The translations under genes were made by a program, and so were the position numbers. Below the pieces are notes generated by a model. That model was not told the DNA's origin. It saw only the letters and a list, made by a program, of their open reading frames with translations, and did no database searches. Below, one piece after another: positions 19,321 through 29,114 of a stretch of DNA of 64,000 nucleotides. Positions within the stretch are counted from its first letter, which is position 1. Every line of letters begins with the position of its first letter. The DNA comes from an uncultured Verrucomicrobiae bacterium. GTDB lineage: Bacteria; Verrucomicrobiota; Verrucomicrobiia; Limisphaerales; Palsa-1400. The stretch spans positions 3,104,001 through 3,168,000 of the forward strand of contig CAVXRD010000002.1 of assembly GCA_963764165.1 (NCBI GenBank). The letters run 5' to 3'.

Positions 19321-19965
19321 ATGAAATCGCATAGACAAAACTATCTAGTTGAAGCGCAGGGCGCGTCTGCCGAAGATGCCGGAGGCATCACAGCTTGTAG
19401 CCGGTGGTTGAGCGAAGCGACACCACCGGACCCAGCGATAATAATGGCTCATCCCGGCAGGGATGACAGCCGCGTGGCGGTGCGACGGCACAGGGTGGCA
19501 TCCTTTCAGGATGCAGGGATTATTGAACATTTTTCCGGTGGAGTCGCTTCGCTCAACCACCGGCTGCTAGCTTGCAGCCCTTCCGGGATGCTGCTCGCAT
19601 TTCTCCTCATCGCGGCCACCGGCTGTGTCAGCCAGAAAAAGGCGAACGAGCGAGCGCGGGAAGCTTATATGCAGGGCCAGCAGCAGGCCATGCAGACGGC
19701 GATGCAAACACGGCAGGACCAGCAAGCCGCCGAGGGCCCGGTGGTGTACGTGCAGGGCCCGGTGCGGCATTCGCAAGTGCCGTGGGAGGAAGGGATGAAA
19801 CTAAGCCAGGTTGTCGCCGCGGCGGAATACACCGGCTTCATGAATCCGCGCCACATTCGCCTGCTGCGCAACGGGCAGTTGGCGGGTGAATTGAAGGGCG
19901 TCGATCTTCTGCGCCACCAGGATTTGGATGTGGAAAAAGGCGACACCGTCCTTGTCGTGCCATAG
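19321..19965 (+). CDS. Putative lipoprotein with an SLBB/ubiquitin-like C-terminal domain
   Basis: Lipobox-like LLIAATGC and 'VYVQGPV...GDTVLV'. The start is either 19321 (reading through the REP) or 19588. Confidence 0.6.
   Translation: MKSHRQNYLVEAQGASAEDAGGITACSRWLSEATPPDPAIIMAHPGRDDSRVAVRRHRVASFQDAGIIEHFSGGVASLNHRLLACSPSGMLLAFLLIAATGCVSQKKANERAREAYMQGQQQAMQTAMQTRQDQQAAEGPVVYVQGPVRHSQVPWEEGMKLSQVVAAAEYTGFMNPRHIRLLRNGQLAGELKGVDLLRHQDLDVEKGDTVLVVP
19376..19590. repeat. REP-like palindromic element
   Basis: AGCCGGTGGTTGAGCGAAGCGACACCACCGGA (19399-19430) and its inverse at 19534-19565 match 31/32, with short inner palindromes. Confidence 0.85.
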
Positions 19966-20039
19966 AATTCCTCGCGAATCTGCTGCAACGGCATGCAATT
20001 ATGTTGGCAGCCAATTTTTGTTCGTTTTTTCCGGGCGGC

Positions 20040-20239
20040 GCACCCGCGCCGATTCCGTTGAGAGCATTGACGATTACGCCACCCCAGAGTTGGAAGCGGC
20101 CTGGGACGATGAAATCGAGCGACGCGTGAAGGATATCCAGTCTGGCGAGGAAAAAGGGATTCCAGCCGAAGACGTGATGAAAGAGGCTCGCCGCGCGTTA
20201 AATGAAACCCGTCGCCTGCCATCGGCTCGCCGCAAGTGA
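20040..20239 (+). pseudogene. Addiction-module antitoxin (TIGR02574-like), N-terminus apparently lost
   Basis: The C-terminal 'EAAWDDEIERR...I.SG...IPAEDV' motif is intact, but there is no plausible start or N-terminal helix. Confidence 0.55.
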
Positions 20240-20498
20240 GTTGATCACGTCGGCGAAGTTCTGCGATCATCGGAATCCAACCCTCGGCGAGGCTTTTCTT
20301 TCCTTTGTGGAAGCAGCACTGCCGAAAATCCAGCGCAATCCAGAACTCGGCACGCCTGGCAAGCTCGGAACCCGCAGTTGGAAAACGAAACGCTTTCCTT
20401 TCCGAATTGTTTATCTGGACCAGCCGGACCGATTTTGGATCGTGGCCGTCGCGCACTTGAGCCGCAGACCGGATTATTGGGTTCGGCGATTGCAGTGA
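20202..20498 (+). CDS. RelE/ParE family toxin
   Basis: H.LA.SEL...LG..F, RFPFRIVY and IVAVAH..RRP.YW. Confidence 0.88.
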   Translation: MKPVACHRLAASELITSAKFCDHRNPTLGEAFLSFVEAALPKIQRNPELGTPGKLGTRSWKTKRFPFRIVYLDQPDRFWIVAVAHLSRRPDYWVRRLQ

Positions 20499-20568
20499 TT
20501 TTTCTCTGCTCCTCTTTTAATGCTGATGGCGCTTTTTTCGGATCAAAAGGCTGGGGTTCACATCAGTG

Positions 20569-22770
20569 CTAGCGCAAAAACGCCTCGTGCAAGCCGCCGT
20601 CCACCGTGATGATCTGGCCGGTTGTTTTTGACAGGCGTTGCGAGACGAGCAGGAAATACGCTTCGGCCTGGTCCGCGGGCGTAATCGGCGCTTTGGTGAG
20701 CGTGCGGTCGGCGTAAAATTGCGCGAGCTTTTTTACTAGCGATTCCGTCGCCTCGTCGTTCTGGTAAGGAATGTTGTATTTCGCGAGCGAGCCGATGACG
20801 CGATCGCGCGGGAACATCGCCGAGCCTTGCACGACAGTCGCCGGCGCGACGCCATTCACGCGCACCAGCGGCGCAAGTTCGATGGCGAGCTCGCGCACGA
20901 GATGATTGCCTGCGGCTTTGGAAACGTCATACGCGACGGAGCCTTTTTTCGCGACCGCGCCGTTGGCTGAAGTCGTCAAAACCAACTGGCCTTTCAATCC
21001 TTGTTCCTTCCATGTCTTGAACGCTTCGTCGCCGACGAGATAACTGCCGGTGACGTTGATGTTGAACGTCAGCGCCCATTTGTCGTCGGGAATGTGGCCG
21101 GTCGTGTCGCTCGGCACAAAAATGCCGGCGGTCACGCAGATCGAATCGAAGCCCCCGTAAGCGAGCGCGACTTGATCGAGCATCTTGCGAATGCTCGCTC
21201 GGTCGGTGATGTTCGCGGCGAGTCCAATGGCCGGGCCGCAATTGGAAATTCCCGTGCCCGCCACGCCGATGCCCAAACCAAATTTGTCCGTGATTTCCTT
21301 CGCGGTCGCCCGCGCCGCCGCTTCATTCAAATCCACGCAGACAATATGCGCGCCGTCTTTGACCAGCCGATGGGCCGTTTCTTTGCCGATGCCCGAGCCC
21401 GCGCCAATTACGACAATGATTTGCCGCGCCAACTCTTTTTCGGCCGGCATCCGCTTCAATTTTGCTTCCTCCAGCAGCCAGTATTCGATGTCGAACGCTT
21501 CCTGCTGCGGCAGCGCAATATATTTGTCAATCGCCTCCGCGCCGCGCATGACTTCGACAGCGCAATTGTAAAATTCCGCCGTGACGCGTGATTCGGATTT
21601 GTCCTTGCCCCAGGCCACCATGCCGAGCCCGGGAATCAAAACGACGGTCGGGTTCGGGTCGCGCATCGCGGGCGAATTCGCGTGCTTGCACTTATCGTAA
21701 TACGCGGCGTAATCCTTGCGGTATTGCACGAGGCCCTCGGCGAGTTTTTTCTTCAAAGCCGCCGCGTCCTCCGTCTGCGGATTCCACGCGACGTAAAGCG
21801 GCTTGATTTTCGTGCGCAGGAAATGGTCGGGACAGCTCGTGCCGAGTTCCGCCAGGCGCGGCGCATCGGCGGAATTGACGAAACGCAAAATCTGTTCGTC
21901 GTCCTGAACCGTGGCGATGAAACGCTTTTGCTGTGAAACCTGCCCGCGCAGCCACGGCAGAACGGCGGCGAAAACTTCATGGCGCTTTTCCTGCGCCAGC
22001 GTCTGGTATCTTGCGCCGCCGAATGCCTTCGCGTCGCCGCCTTTGGCCTGATATTTCGCCTCGATGAATTGCGACGCGCGTTCGATGAAATCCAGCGTGC
22101 GCAAATAACATTCCCTGTCGTCGTCCGCCCAGGAAATAAAACCGTGCTGGCCCATCATGATCCCGGTCGCCTTTGGATTCTTCTTCACGATTTCCTGCAT
22201 CGCGAGGCCGAGTTCAAAACCGGGCCGCATCCATTTCACATAATCCATTTCGCCGCCGAAAACTTCCTGGGTGAGCTCTTCGCAATTCGCCGAGGCCGCG
22301 ATGGCGATGACGGCGTTCGGGTGCATGTGATCCACGAACTTCGCGGGAATGAAACTGTGCAGCGGCGTGTCAATCGAGGAGGCGCGCGGATTCAAATTAA
22401 ACGTCGTGTGGTTGTAGGCCGCGACCATGTCGTCCTCGGCCTGGGATTTCAAACCCTTGTCGGCGCGCGCGGCGTAACTTTTTTGCAGTCCGATCAATTT
22501 GTCCTGATAGAGCGAGGAAAAGTTTTCGCGCAAGCTCGTCCGCAGATCGCCGCCGGAGCCTTTGACCCAAAGCACGTCCACCTTCTCGCCTGTGAGCGGA
22601 TCGGTCTCGGAAATTTTCGACGACGTGTTGCCGCCGCCGGTGTTGGTGATGCGCTGGTCCGCCCCGAGTTTGTTCGAGCGATACACGAGCCGGTCCACGC
22701 CCGCGAGCTTCGCGGCGTCGGCATCAGTCCAAAGATTGTTGACGAATCGAAAGAATTTTTCCGTTTGCAT
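20569..22770 (-). CDS. Bifunctional rhamnulose-1-phosphate aldolase / short-chain dehydrogenase
   Basis: GGGNTSSK, WVKGSGGDL, CPDHFLRTK, F.IEYW.LEEAKL, then SDR motifs GAGSGIG and Y..SK. Confidence 0.93.
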   Translation of the reverse strand: MQTEKFFRFVNNLWTDADAAKLAGVDRLVYRSNKLGADQRITNTGGGNTSSKISETDPLTGEKVDVLWVKGSGGDLRTSLRENFSSLYQDKLIGLQKSYAARADKGLKSQAEDDMVAAYNHTTFNLNPRASSIDTPLHSFIPAKFVDHMHPNAVIAIAASANCEELTQEVFGGEMDYVKWMRPGFELGLAMQEIVKKNPKATGIMMGQHGFISWADDDRECYLRTLDFIERASQFIEAKYQAKGGDAKAFGGARYQTLAQEKRHEVFAAVLPWLRGQVSQQKRFIATVQDDEQILRFVNSADAPRLAELGTSCPDHFLRTKIKPLYVAWNPQTEDAAALKKKLAEGLVQYRKDYAAYYDKCKHANSPAMRDPNPTVVLIPGLGMVAWGKDKSESRVTAEFYNCAVEVMRGAEAIDKYIALPQQEAFDIEYWLLEEAKLKRMPAEKELARQIIVVIGAGSGIGKETAHRLVKDGAHIVCVDLNEAAARATAKEITDKFGLGIGVAGTGISNCGPAIGLAANITDRASIRKMLDQVALAYGGFDSICVTAGIFVPSDTTGHIPDDKWALTFNINVTGSYLVGDEAFKTWKEQGLKGQLVLTTSANGAVAKKGSVAYDVSKAAGNHLVRELAIELAPLVRVNGVAPATVVQGSAMFPRDRVIGSLAKYNIPYQNDEATESLVKKLAQFYADRTLTKAPITPADQAEAYFLLVSQRLSKTTGQIITVDGGLHEAFLR

Positions 22771-23012
22771 ATTTACAAGATTACCAGACCGCCAGGGAAA
22801 GCGTTTGGGTTTTTATTATGGTGTCCTTGGCATTTTTCAATGTGAAAAAGATTGCCGCAGTATAAGCGCATGCGCTTTTGCAGTCCACCCCCGGGCTTTT
22901 GTCCCGGCGACCTCATGGGATCTAAATAATCTGGAACGCCCGAACTCAGGAAAAGAGGCCACGGTCGTTTTTCAGACGATCGCGGTAATGTCGCTGCGTC
23001 GATTCGCTCGCC

Positions 23013-24347
23013 CTACACCAGAGCGAGTGGAGCAAATTTTTTTCCGAGAATCGGAACGCTCGGCGTTTTGAGCCACTCTTCCAGAAGCCCGGCGTAAACC
23101 GAGCGGAAATCGACGTTGTATTTCAAGTCCCCTTGGAAAAGGTCGCCGGGCGCGAGGCTCGGATACTCGCCGTGCAGTCCCGATTTAACTTTGTCGCCGA
23201 TGACGAACATGGGCGCGGCAGCGCCGTGGTCTGTGCCTCCGTTGGCGTTCTCGGCCACGCGCCGGCCAAATTCGCTGAAAGTCATGATCGTCACGCGCCC
23301 GAGATTTCCCTGCGCTTTCAAATCTTCAACAAAAGCCTTCACCGAATCGCCGAGCTCCGTCATCAAGCGGTCATGCTGCCCGCCTTGATTTGTGTGCGTA
23401 TCGTAACCGCCTTGTGAAACATAATAAACACGCGTGGGCAATCCGCCGGCGATCAACTGGCCGACCAATTTCAGCGAGCGAGCCAATTGCGTCGTTGGAT
23501 ACTCCGCCTTGTTTTCCACGCGCTTGGTGATGGCCAGAATTTTGTCGGAGCTGACCTGCGCATCCATCGCGGTGCGCGAAAGAAAATCCGCCACTGAGCC
23601 GTGGTGCGCGACCGGGCCGCCAATGGCCCCAATGGTCGCGCCGGAGTTTTCCGTCTGGCCTTCCTCCATCGCGGGCTGGTTTAATTCGCGATAGGATTTT
23701 TCATCGGCGTTCATTTCGCCGTCCGCCTGGTGCTTGCCGCCGTTGAAACGGTAGCTTTGCGGATTGTCCAGGCAAACACCGGTCGGGGTGTGCGCGCTGA
23801 AGGCTTGCGGCATTTGGCGCCCGATATTCACGCCGACGGTTGGATCGCATCCTGCGCACGCGTTGTCAAAATAACGGCCGAGCCAGCCGTAGCTTTCCGT
23901 TTTCTCGGCGTCGCTGGCGGTCTGCCAGATTTCCGTGGAGCGGAAATGGGAGCGATTCGGGTTCGGATAACCGACGCCCTGGATGATGCTCAAATGCCCG
24001 CCATCATACAAATCCTTGAAGCCGGAAAGCGACTTGGGCAACGCCACTTGATCGTTGATTTTCAGGAGCGAGTTCTCCTTCAAACCAATGCGAGGGCGGG
24101 CTTTGAAATAATGATCGTTCGCATAGGGCACCACGGTGTTGAGGCCGTCATTGCCGCCAGCCATCTGCAAGACAACAAGAATATTCCCGTCCTTGCCGTT
24201 CGCGGTTTGCGTGGCGGATTGGTCAGCCTGCGTGTGCAGCGCGGAAAAGGTGTTGGCCAGAAAAGCGGGAACAGTCCAGCTTAGCGCGCCACCAAGAATT
24301 CCGGTGCGAATAAATTGGCGGCGGGTTTGCAATGAGAACGGTTTCAT
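23013..24347 (-). CDS. DUF1501 family protein (Tat signal)
   Basis: TRRQF, GGNDGLNTVVP, NRSHF, GGYDTH and SEFGRR..N...GTDHG. Confidence 0.9.
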   Translation of the reverse strand: MKPFSLQTRRQFIRTGILGGALSWTVPAFLANTFSALHTQADQSATQTANGKDGNILVVLQMAGGNDGLNTVVPYANDHYFKARPRIGLKENSLLKINDQVALPKSLSGFKDLYDGGHLSIIQGVGYPNPNRSHFRSTEIWQTASDAEKTESYGWLGRYFDNACAGCDPTVGVNIGRQMPQAFSAHTPTGVCLDNPQSYRFNGGKHQADGEMNADEKSYRELNQPAMEEGQTENSGATIGAIGGPVAHHGSVADFLSRTAMDAQVSSDKILAITKRVENKAEYPTTQLARSLKLVGQLIAGGLPTRVYYVSQGGYDTHTNQGGQHDRLMTELGDSVKAFVEDLKAQGNLGRVTIMTFSEFGRRVAENANGGTDHGAAAPMFVIGDKVKSGLHGEYPSLAPGDLFQGDLKYNVDFRSVYAGLLEEWLKTPSVPILGKKFAPLALV

Positions 24348-24354
24348 AAAATCT

Positions 24355-25875
24355 TCAAGTCACCTGGTATTCGGGAGTGCACATCAAGAGCCGGATGGCG
24401 TGGCGAATCTCGTCGTCGCCAAATTGCGTCCGCGAACCAAGGTAATCGCCCAGAATCTGCCGGTGCTGGCTGGTCAGGCGGTCCTGCATAAACCGCCGTC
24501 CAAGCGCGGCAATCAACGTTTTCACATCGCGGCGATCACCTTCGTCAATTATAGAATCCACCTCAACCGGAGTCATGCGCCGCGCCTGCATGTTGGCGAA
24601 TTGCGCGACCATATTCTGCCCCGGTTTCCCTCCGCCCTGCGCGCCGAGTTCTCCCTGGCCCATCACGAGCGTGGCGGCCTGATTGTAACGGGCCAGAAGC
24701 GTATTGGTGGTAATCCAGCTTACGCCGCCATCCCAGCCCTTCACATTCGGCGGAACGAGCAAATCCTGCCCCAGCGTTTTCAGCATTTCCGTCGAGACGA
24801 TGGGCGGCGGCATGGGGCGATCGAGAAAGCGGATCGAGCCGACCAGCCATTGCACAGGACTCTTGACCTGATTGGCCACCACGGTGTCCGAATAAAACTC
24901 CTCGCTCCGAAACATCGTGTGAAGAAGCGGCTTGAAATGGTTGCCGTTGGAGCGGAACGCATCGGCCAGCGCATCGATCAAAGCCTTGTCCGGATTTTCG
25001 CTGGCGAAAAATTTCCACAATTTCCCCGAAATAAACCGGGCCGATTGCGGCTGCGCCACGATGATTTCCAAAACATCGCGTCCGTCGAAATTTCCTGTCT
25101 TGCCGAGAATCGTCTTGGTTCCCGTGTCATGGGCGAAGGGGCGGTAGATGTATTTTTCGTTGATCCGGTCGAGTGACCATCCCGTCATCGCGCGGGCGGC
25201 TTCCGTGACATCCTTCTCCGTGTAATGCCCTTCGCCGAGCGTGAACAACTCCATGCACTCGCGCGCGAAATTCTCGTTGGGATGCTGTTTGCGGCTTTGC
25301 GCCTGGTCGAGCCACACCAGCATCGCTGGATCGGTGGCGACGGCCTCGAGGAGCGTGAGCCAATCCCCGGAACCGAGTTCGCGGAAGGTCTCGATCTGCT
25401 TCCACATGAAATAGGCGTCGCGCACCTTGACCGCGCTGGTGGCAAAATGGCCGTGCCAGAATAGTGTGAGCTTTTCCTGCAACGGATGCGGGCCTTTGGC
25501 CATGCGCTGGATCCATTGCCCGCGCATCTGCTGCAAATTGCGCAGTTGCTCCTTCTGCACCTCCTGCACCGCTTTGCGCCGTTTCTCGGCTTCCTCTTTT
25601 TTCTCCTCTTCGGTGAGGTTTTCGCTCATTTCTTCGCGCTGCTTTTGATAAGCCTCGCGAACTTTTTCGTTGCGCTCGGGATCAGCCTTGGCCCATTCCG
25701 GGCGCTCGTCCGAGTCGGGTGTTTTCTCGAAATCGACAAAATAGGAAACGGCCTTATCTGGCCCCAATTGGACCAGTTTCTCGATTTCCGACGGCGTTCC
25801 CCCGAAACCGGCGCGGTTGTACAGATGAGCCGCGGCGGCATAATTCCACTTGGATGCTGGCAAAGGGTTCAGCAT
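24355..25875 (-). CDS. DUF1800 family protein
   Basis: HL..RAGFG, EKLTLFWHGHFATS and PNENFARE.MELFTLG; paired with DUF1501. Confidence 0.92.
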   Translation of the reverse strand: MLNPLPASKWNYAAAAHLYNRAGFGGTPSEIEKLVQLGPDKAVSYFVDFEKTPDSDERPEWAKADPERNEKVREAYQKQREEMSENLTEEEKKEEAEKRRKAVQEVQKEQLRNLQQMRGQWIQRMAKGPHPLQEKLTLFWHGHFATSAVKVRDAYFMWKQIETFRELGSGDWLTLLEAVATDPAMLVWLDQAQSRKQHPNENFARECMELFTLGEGHYTEKDVTEAARAMTGWSLDRINEKYIYRPFAHDTGTKTILGKTGNFDGRDVLEIIVAQPQSARFISGKLWKFFASENPDKALIDALADAFRSNGNHFKPLLHTMFRSEEFYSDTVVANQVKSPVQWLVGSIRFLDRPMPPPIVSTEMLKTLGQDLLVPPNVKGWDGGVSWITTNTLLARYNQAATLVMGQGELGAQGGGKPGQNMVAQFANMQARRMTPVEVDSIIDEGDRRDVKTLIAALGRRFMQDRLTSQHRQILGDYLGSRTQFGDDEIRHAIRLLMCTPEYQVT

Positions 25876-26006
25876 GAAGAGTTAGACGGCTGGCGAAATC
25901 CCGGGTTACAACTATTTTGTGTGCGGCGTGACGCACATGCCCTTGCGCGGCGATTCGCCTTGATGCGCCGCGCCGGCTGCAAGCATGATGGATTGGAATA
26001 AATTGA

Positions 26007-26783
26007 TTGAATATTGAGTGGCCCATTCTGACCCGCACTGGAGTCGCCTTCGTCGTCGCCATGGTCGGTGGAGTTTTGAGCGCTTTGCTGGCGCGGACGC
26101 ATAAGCAGCTTTGCGCCATGATCAGCCTTGGGGCGGGCACGCTGCTGGGCGTCACGTTTTTTGCCATCGGGCCGGAGTGCTGGCATGATTCGCAGAAAGG
26201 CGGAGTTTCACCGTGGTACTTGCTGATTTCGGCGGCGGCGGGCTATCTGCTTTTCGCGCTCATCAGCAAATACGTTTACCACGTCTGCCCGGCTTGCGCG
26301 GCAAGTCACTTCGATGAGGCGACAACGCATCACTTTGCCGAAATCGCGACGGCGATGATGATCGCGCTGGGGATTCATTGCACCATTGACGGATTGGCGG
26401 TGGCGGCTGGCAGCAAAGAATTGTGGCTTGATATGTCGCTGACGATGGCCGTTTGCGTTCATAAAGCGCCAGAAGGCTTGGCGCTGGGGGCTTTGCTGCT
26501 GGGGGCGGGAATTCCCAAAGGCAAGATGCTTTGGTACGTGGCGGCGGTCGAATCGACCACCATTGTCGGCGGAGTGCTGGGCTGGTATGTTTTCGGCGGT
26601 GCCACGAAAATCTGGGTGCCTCTGGCACTGGCCAACGCAGGCGGCGGATTCATTTTCCTCGCGGCTCACGCCGTGCTTGGCGAAATCATGAAGCACGAAA
26701 AGAAGATCGTCATCATCAGTTTCGCGGTCGGGTTTTGCGCGATTGCGGCCCTGGTGCTTGGGTTCCGCTTGCAGGCGGATTGA
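26007..26783 (+). CDS. ZIP family divalent metal transporter
   Basis: Multiple TM helices with H..IDG and HK.PEG motifs. Confidence 0.85.
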   Translation: MNIEWPILTRTGVAFVVAMVGGVLSALLARTHKQLCAMISLGAGTLLGVTFFAIGPECWHDSQKGGVSPWYLLISAAAGYLLFALISKYVYHVCPACAASHFDEATTHHFAEIATAMMIALGIHCTIDGLAVAAGSKELWLDMSLTMAVCVHKAPEGLALGALLLGAGIPKGKMLWYVAAVESTTIVGGVLGWYVFGGATKIWVPLALANAGGGFIFLAAHAVLGEIMKHEKKIVIISFAVGFCAIAALVLGFRLQAD

Positions 26784-26889
26784 AACGCGGGCCACCTTCG
26801 CGTTTCATCAAAATGACAGAGGTGCCACTGAAAACGGGCGGGTCCTTATATGTTGGGCCATGGGAGGCTTTTCTTGTCTTTTACACTTG

Positions 26890-26904
26890 GTATGATAATC
26901 ATAC
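26890..26904. promoter_or_regulatory. Palindromic operator of the vapBC module
   Basis: GTATGAT-A-ATCATAC immediately before the antitoxin ATG. Confidence 0.6.
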
Positions 26905-26907
26905 TCC

Positions 26908-27156
26908 ATGACGACAAACATTGGACAGCGGGGCCAGCTTGTGATTCCGAAGGCGATTCGGGCCAGCCGGAATATTGAACCTGGTGACGATTTTGAAGTG
27001 ACGGCGGACGAAGATGACTTCGATCTGATTTTGCTGCGCCGAATCCGGCCGCATGCGAACGCGGGGTTGGTGGACTGCCTCAGTGCCTGTCCCGTCAAAG
27101 GGCCACTTGTCAAACCGCCCCGGCAAGTCGAACCGATGAGGAAGATCACTCTGTGA
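26908..27156 (+). CDS. AbrB/MazE-type antitoxin (VapB)
   Basis: GQRGQLVIPKAIR...I.PGD. Confidence 0.88.
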   Translation: MTTNIGQRGQLVIPKAIRASRNIEPGDDFEVTADEDDFDLILLRRIRPHANAGLVDCLSACPVKGPLVKPPRQVEPMRKITL

Positions 27157-27569
27157 ACTATCTTGTAGACACGAATGTCTTGTCCGAACCGCGGCAAAAG
27201 AGGCCTGAAACCAAAGTGGTGCAATGGCTGAAGGCCCACGAGTCCAACATTTACACCAGCGCTCTGGTCGCTGGAGAAATTCGTTTCGGGATCGAATTGC
27301 TTCCGGCCAACAGCGCCAAACGCGTGGCTCTGTTGAGTTGGTATGAGCGGCTCCTGGCGATTATGGCCGGACGGATCCTTTCGGTGAATGCACGGGTCGC
27401 TGAGGAATGGGCCAGATTGCAGGCGGAAGCCCAGGCCAAAAACCTTCTTTTGCCAACGGTTGACGGATTATTGGCCGCAACGGCGCGCCGGTACCAATTG
27501 ACTGTCGCCACGGCCAATGTGAAGGACTTCAAAGCTGCTGGTGTTAAAGTATTCAATCCTTTCGATTGA
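27153..27569 (+). CDS. vapC: PIN-domain toxin VapC
   Basis: YLVDTNVLSE, GEI..G, D.LLAATA and TANVKDF. Confidence 0.92.
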   Translation: MNYLVDTNVLSEPRQKRPETKVVQWLKAHESNIYTSALVAGEIRFGIELLPANSAKRVALLSWYERLLAIMAGRILSVNARVAEEWARLQAEAQAKNLLLPTVDGLLAATARRYQLTVATANVKDFKAAGVKVFNPFD

Positions 27570-27580
27570 CTCACCGCAAA

Positions 27581-27613
27581 ACGAGGGTTCGATTCCCTTC
27601 GCCCCGCTCTCCA
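27581..27613 (+). other. Degenerate 3' fragment of tRNA-Gly (att-like scar)
   Basis: ACGAGGGTTCGATTCCCTTCGCCCCGCTCTCCA corresponds to a T-arm plus acceptor end; no 5' half is present. Confidence 0.7.
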
Positions 27614-27627
27614 ATGTTGTTCAAAGT

Positions 27628-28836
27628 TTAAAAGTGCGTCGGAATCCAGCCGATGGTGCGGTCCATATAAGTTGGCGCGCCGGGGTGCTTGTTGCGCAGA
27701 TTCAGCTCGAAAAGAATCCCAATCGTTTGCGCGCCCCGGCCATTGGATCGAATTGCCTCAAAACCGTAGCCGTAATTAAGCATCGCCTGCCATGCCCCCG
27801 AGGGAGCCTTGTATCCGAACGCCAGTCCCACCCCGGAATTGAAGGCGTCGGATTGCTGCATTCCGGGCAGGTAATCCACCGCCGCCACTGCGCCCATGGG
27901 CGTGATATTCCACGTGTTTTCCGCGTTCAGCGGGATGGTGTATTGGCCATTGAAGCAAACAAAATTGCGCGCGCTCAATTCCTGGTAAAAATAGCCTGGA
28001 ATCAGCAGCGGGAACTCCGAAGCCAACGGGAGCGAGCCACCCAGCCGATAAGCGCTGAAGCGGTCGGCCCGGCCGCTGGTGCCTGCGGTGAAGTTGACCG
28101 CAAAATTCTGTTTCGACTCAGGCATGGTATAAACCAGCAGGGACCGCATCCACCACAAATCCGATTCATTCTGCAACATCCGGTCGCCGTCGACTCCGTA
28201 AGCGCCGGAATCGGTGCGGTATTGGCCTTCATACCAAACGGAAATTTCCCCGGCCAGTTCCGGGGTCAAGAGCGGCTCGCGGCCGCCCAATCGCAAACCA
28301 GCCCTCCAACTAAACGTCGAATGGTCATGGGGCAAATCAAAATTGGCCGCAGTTTCGTCGGTTCGATCGTAGTCGGAAAAGTGTTCCTTTACGCGCAGCA
28401 CTCCGAACAGCGGTATCCGCTGGCTGGGATTAAACGTATGATAAAGCGATAGGGAAGCTTCGGCGCTGTCGCCGTTAAAGGACTGCTCCGGGAAGTATTT
28501 GCCGTGTTGGTATTCGTAATAGTTGTCGGCGAAACCGCCGCCAGCCAAACCGATTCCCAAGTCCGTATGCGGCCCGAGCAGCCCAACAATCCCGAGTTCC
28601 GAGTCAAGATACACCGGCGCGAGAGCAAGCCTCAGCGTCAGATTGGTGCGGTAAAAATCGGGCTCGTTCAGGTAATAATATCCGTAGGCGGCCACCGGGG
28701 ACGCGCCTTGCGTCGATTGCGTGCCGCCAAACTGGATAAGCTCGCGCCGTTCAGGGTCGACCTGTCCGCTGGCCGAGCCGGCCAGGCCGCAAATGGCAAC
28801 AATACCCGCGAGCAGAAGCCCACTGTAGTTTCGCAT
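27628..28836 (-). CDS. Putative outer-membrane beta-barrel protein
   Basis: Signal peptide, aromatic-rich alternating beta strands, and a RLGG...IPGY motif reminiscent of Omp85/ShlB-type barrels. Confidence 0.6.
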   Translation of the reverse strand: MRNYSGLLLAGIVAICGLAGSASGQVDPERRELIQFGGTQSTQGASPVAAYGYYYLNEPDFYRTNLTLRLALAPVYLDSELGIVGLLGPHTDLGIGLAGGGFADNYYEYQHGKYFPEQSFNGDSAEASLSLYHTFNPSQRIPLFGVLRVKEHFSDYDRTDETAANFDLPHDHSTFSWRAGLRLGGREPLLTPELAGEISVWYEGQYRTDSGAYGVDGDRMLQNESDLWWMRSLLVYTMPESKQNFAVNFTAGTSGRADRFSAYRLGGSLPLASEFPLLIPGYFYQELSARNFVCFNGQYTIPLNAENTWNITPMGAVAAVDYLPGMQQSDAFNSGVGLAFGYKAPSGAWQAMLNYGYGFEAIRSNGRGAQTIGILFELNLRNKHPGAPTYMDRTIGWIPTHF

Positions 28837-28957
28837 GGCCCCATTTAGACACAGTTTCCGAAAGGCGCAAGCGGGTTAACGAAGCCTGTCAACCATTCGG
28901 CGCTTCTTTTATGGGCTTGGCCGGGGAAGCGTCAGCCGGACCTCAGATCTTTGAAAT

Positions 28958-29050
28958 TAAACAGGAGGAAACCGAGAGGACCGAGAAAAATGCCCTTAGC
29001 CCAGCGATGATTTTCTCATCTCCGTTCCCTCGGTCTTCCTCCCGTTCAAA
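28958..29050. repeat. REP-like inverted repeat with 9-10-bp internal periodicity
   Basis: AAACAGGAGGAAACCGAGAGGACCGAG ... CTCCGTTCCCTCGGTCTTCCTCCCGTTC. Confidence 0.65.
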
Positions 29051-29114
29051 TTTTTCAAATCCCGAAATTCCTGTTTCCTTTTCGGGAATCGACCGTCTAA
29101 TCTGGCAGACACCT

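Noticed and set aside
26825..26845. CCACTGAAAAC match to the MITE TIR upstream of vapBC
   Set aside because: Only 11 bp, with a degenerate terminus, no partner TIR and no TSD.
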